Source: Pseudothermotoga sp. (GTDB lineage Bacteria; Thermotogota; Thermotogae; Thermotogales; DSM-5069). From it: 17,709 nucleotides of DNA. The DNA is taken from the NCBI GenBank assembly GCA_041640575.1, contig JBEPZZ010000034.1:1-17709 (forward strand), given 5' to 3'. Below the pieces are notes generated by a model, which saw only the letters and a list, made by a program, of their open reading frames with translations, was not told the DNA's origin and made no database searches. Made by a program: the position numbers and the translations under genes. Shown here in pieces: positions 16,770-17,709 of this stretch; within the stretch, counting starts at the first letter, position 1, and the number at the start of each line of letters is the position of its first letter.

Positions 16770-17709
16770 GTTTATCCTTTACATACTTATTCTAACGCCG
16801 TTTGCTATTCTTCTTTCAAGAGCCTTCTTTCTTCAAATTGTGCAGCAAAAGGTTCACAGGGATTATGTGGATTCTTTGAAAGTTTACGTGAGAAAAATCG
16901 AAGCACCTAGAGGAAGAATTCTAACAAGAGATGGTCAGGTTCTTGCTTGGGATGAAGAAATTTTGACTGCTAGGGCAACGGGGAATATCAACGACGAATT
17001 GGTTGAACAAGTTCTTGGAAAGGAGCGGAAGCTTCGCCTGATATTGGGCGAGCAGATAATTATTTCTTCAACAGAAGCTCAAAGACTAGAGAGCTCGGGA
17101 CTGCTCGTTTCTAGAAAACTAGTTAGAAGATACTCCGGCCTCGCGAGCCACGTGGTCGGATATGTTGATCAAAATAGGCAAGGTATATCTGGTGTGGAAG
17201 CAGTGTATAACTCTTACTTGAATGGTATAGATGGTTATGAACTGATAAGCATAGACATTCGCGGTAGAGTACTAGGAAGATTTGTTGAGTCTGCTGCTAT
17301 AAAAGGTAACGATGTTATACTCACAATAGACTCCAAGCTTCAATCTTACGTTGAACAACTTTTGTCGCAACAAAACAAACCAGGAGCCATAATTGTTCAG
17401 TCGGTGAAAACAGGCGAAATTCTAGCAATGGCGTCTTATCCGAAGTTTGATCCAAATACTCTTGTACAAGGTCTTACTTCCTGGGAATGGGCTGAGATAG
17501 TCAACGACCCATTGAGCCCTCTACTAAACAGAGCTATAAGTGCTCTCTATCCACCAGGTTCTGTGATAAAACCACTTTATGTAATAGCTTACCTTGAAGA
17601 GGAGGGTACAACTTCGGATTTGTCAATAAACTGCCATGGTCATTTTGAATATGTTGGTTCTGGAGGTAAGGTTTTGGGTATCTACAGAGACTGGTATGTC
17701 TATGGACAT
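16756..17709 (+). CDS. mrdA: Class B penicillin-binding protein (PBP2/MrdA-like), 3'-truncated by the window
   Basis: Translated by hand (absent from the track): MKVRRFILYILILTPFAILLSRAFFLQIV (TM anchor), APRGRILTRDG, RRY...ASHVVGYV, GISGVEAVYNSYLNG, GNDVILTIDSKLQ, TGEILAMASYPKFDPN, LLNRA, YPPGSVIKP (SxxK at 17560-17571). Open to the window end. SD GGAGAAGG at 16747-16754. Confidence 0.9.
   Translation, partial: MKVRRFILYILILTPFAILLSRAFFLQIVQQKVHRDYVDSLKVYVRKIEAPRGRILTRDGQVLAWDEEILTARATGNINDELVEQVLGKERKLRLILGEQIIISSTEAQRLESSGLLVSRKLVRRYSGLASHVVGYVDQNRQGISGVEAVYNSYLNGIDGYELISIDIRGRVLGRFVESAAIKGNDVILTIDSKLQSYVEQLLSQQNKPGAIIVQSVKTGEILAMASYPKFDPNTLVQGLTSWEWAEIVNDPLSPLLNRAISALYPPGSVIKPLYVIAYLEEEGTTSDLSINCHGHFEYVGSGGKVLGIYRDWYVYGH

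Noticed and set aside
1..17709. tRNA/rRNA, riboswitches, IS elements, CRISPR or tandem repeats
   Set aside because: The largest intergenic gap is about 100 nt, and no cloverleaf, repeat-spacer pattern, terminal inverted repeat or transposase/integrase ORF was seen by eye.

Overview
A gene-dense, AT-rich bacterial chromosomal window made almost entirely of housekeeping genes. Protein sequences and gene order most resemble Thermotogota (inference, not verified). Left block (+): 3' part of a SHOCT-like protein gene, valS, folC, ruvA and a hypothetical gene. Converging on it (-): thrS followed by an HD-GYP phosphohydrolase gene. Diverging from thrS is a tightly packed + run: nagA, smc, a Nudix hydrolase, a hypothetical gene, fliS, a GNAT acetyltransferase, a D-2-hydroxyacid dehydrogenase, an MreD-like membrane protein and the 5' part of a class B PBP (missing from the ORF track because it runs off the window). 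I found no RNA genes, mobile elements, CRISPR arrays or tandem repeats. The clearest anomaly is one in-frame TAA (12451-12453) that cuts smc just before its C-terminal ATPase head half. Secondary points: a non-canonical HD-GYP protein coupled to thrS, an orphan fliS among unrelated genes, and a possible 16-codon bridging ORF. I do not see convincing evidence of a novel multi-gene system.
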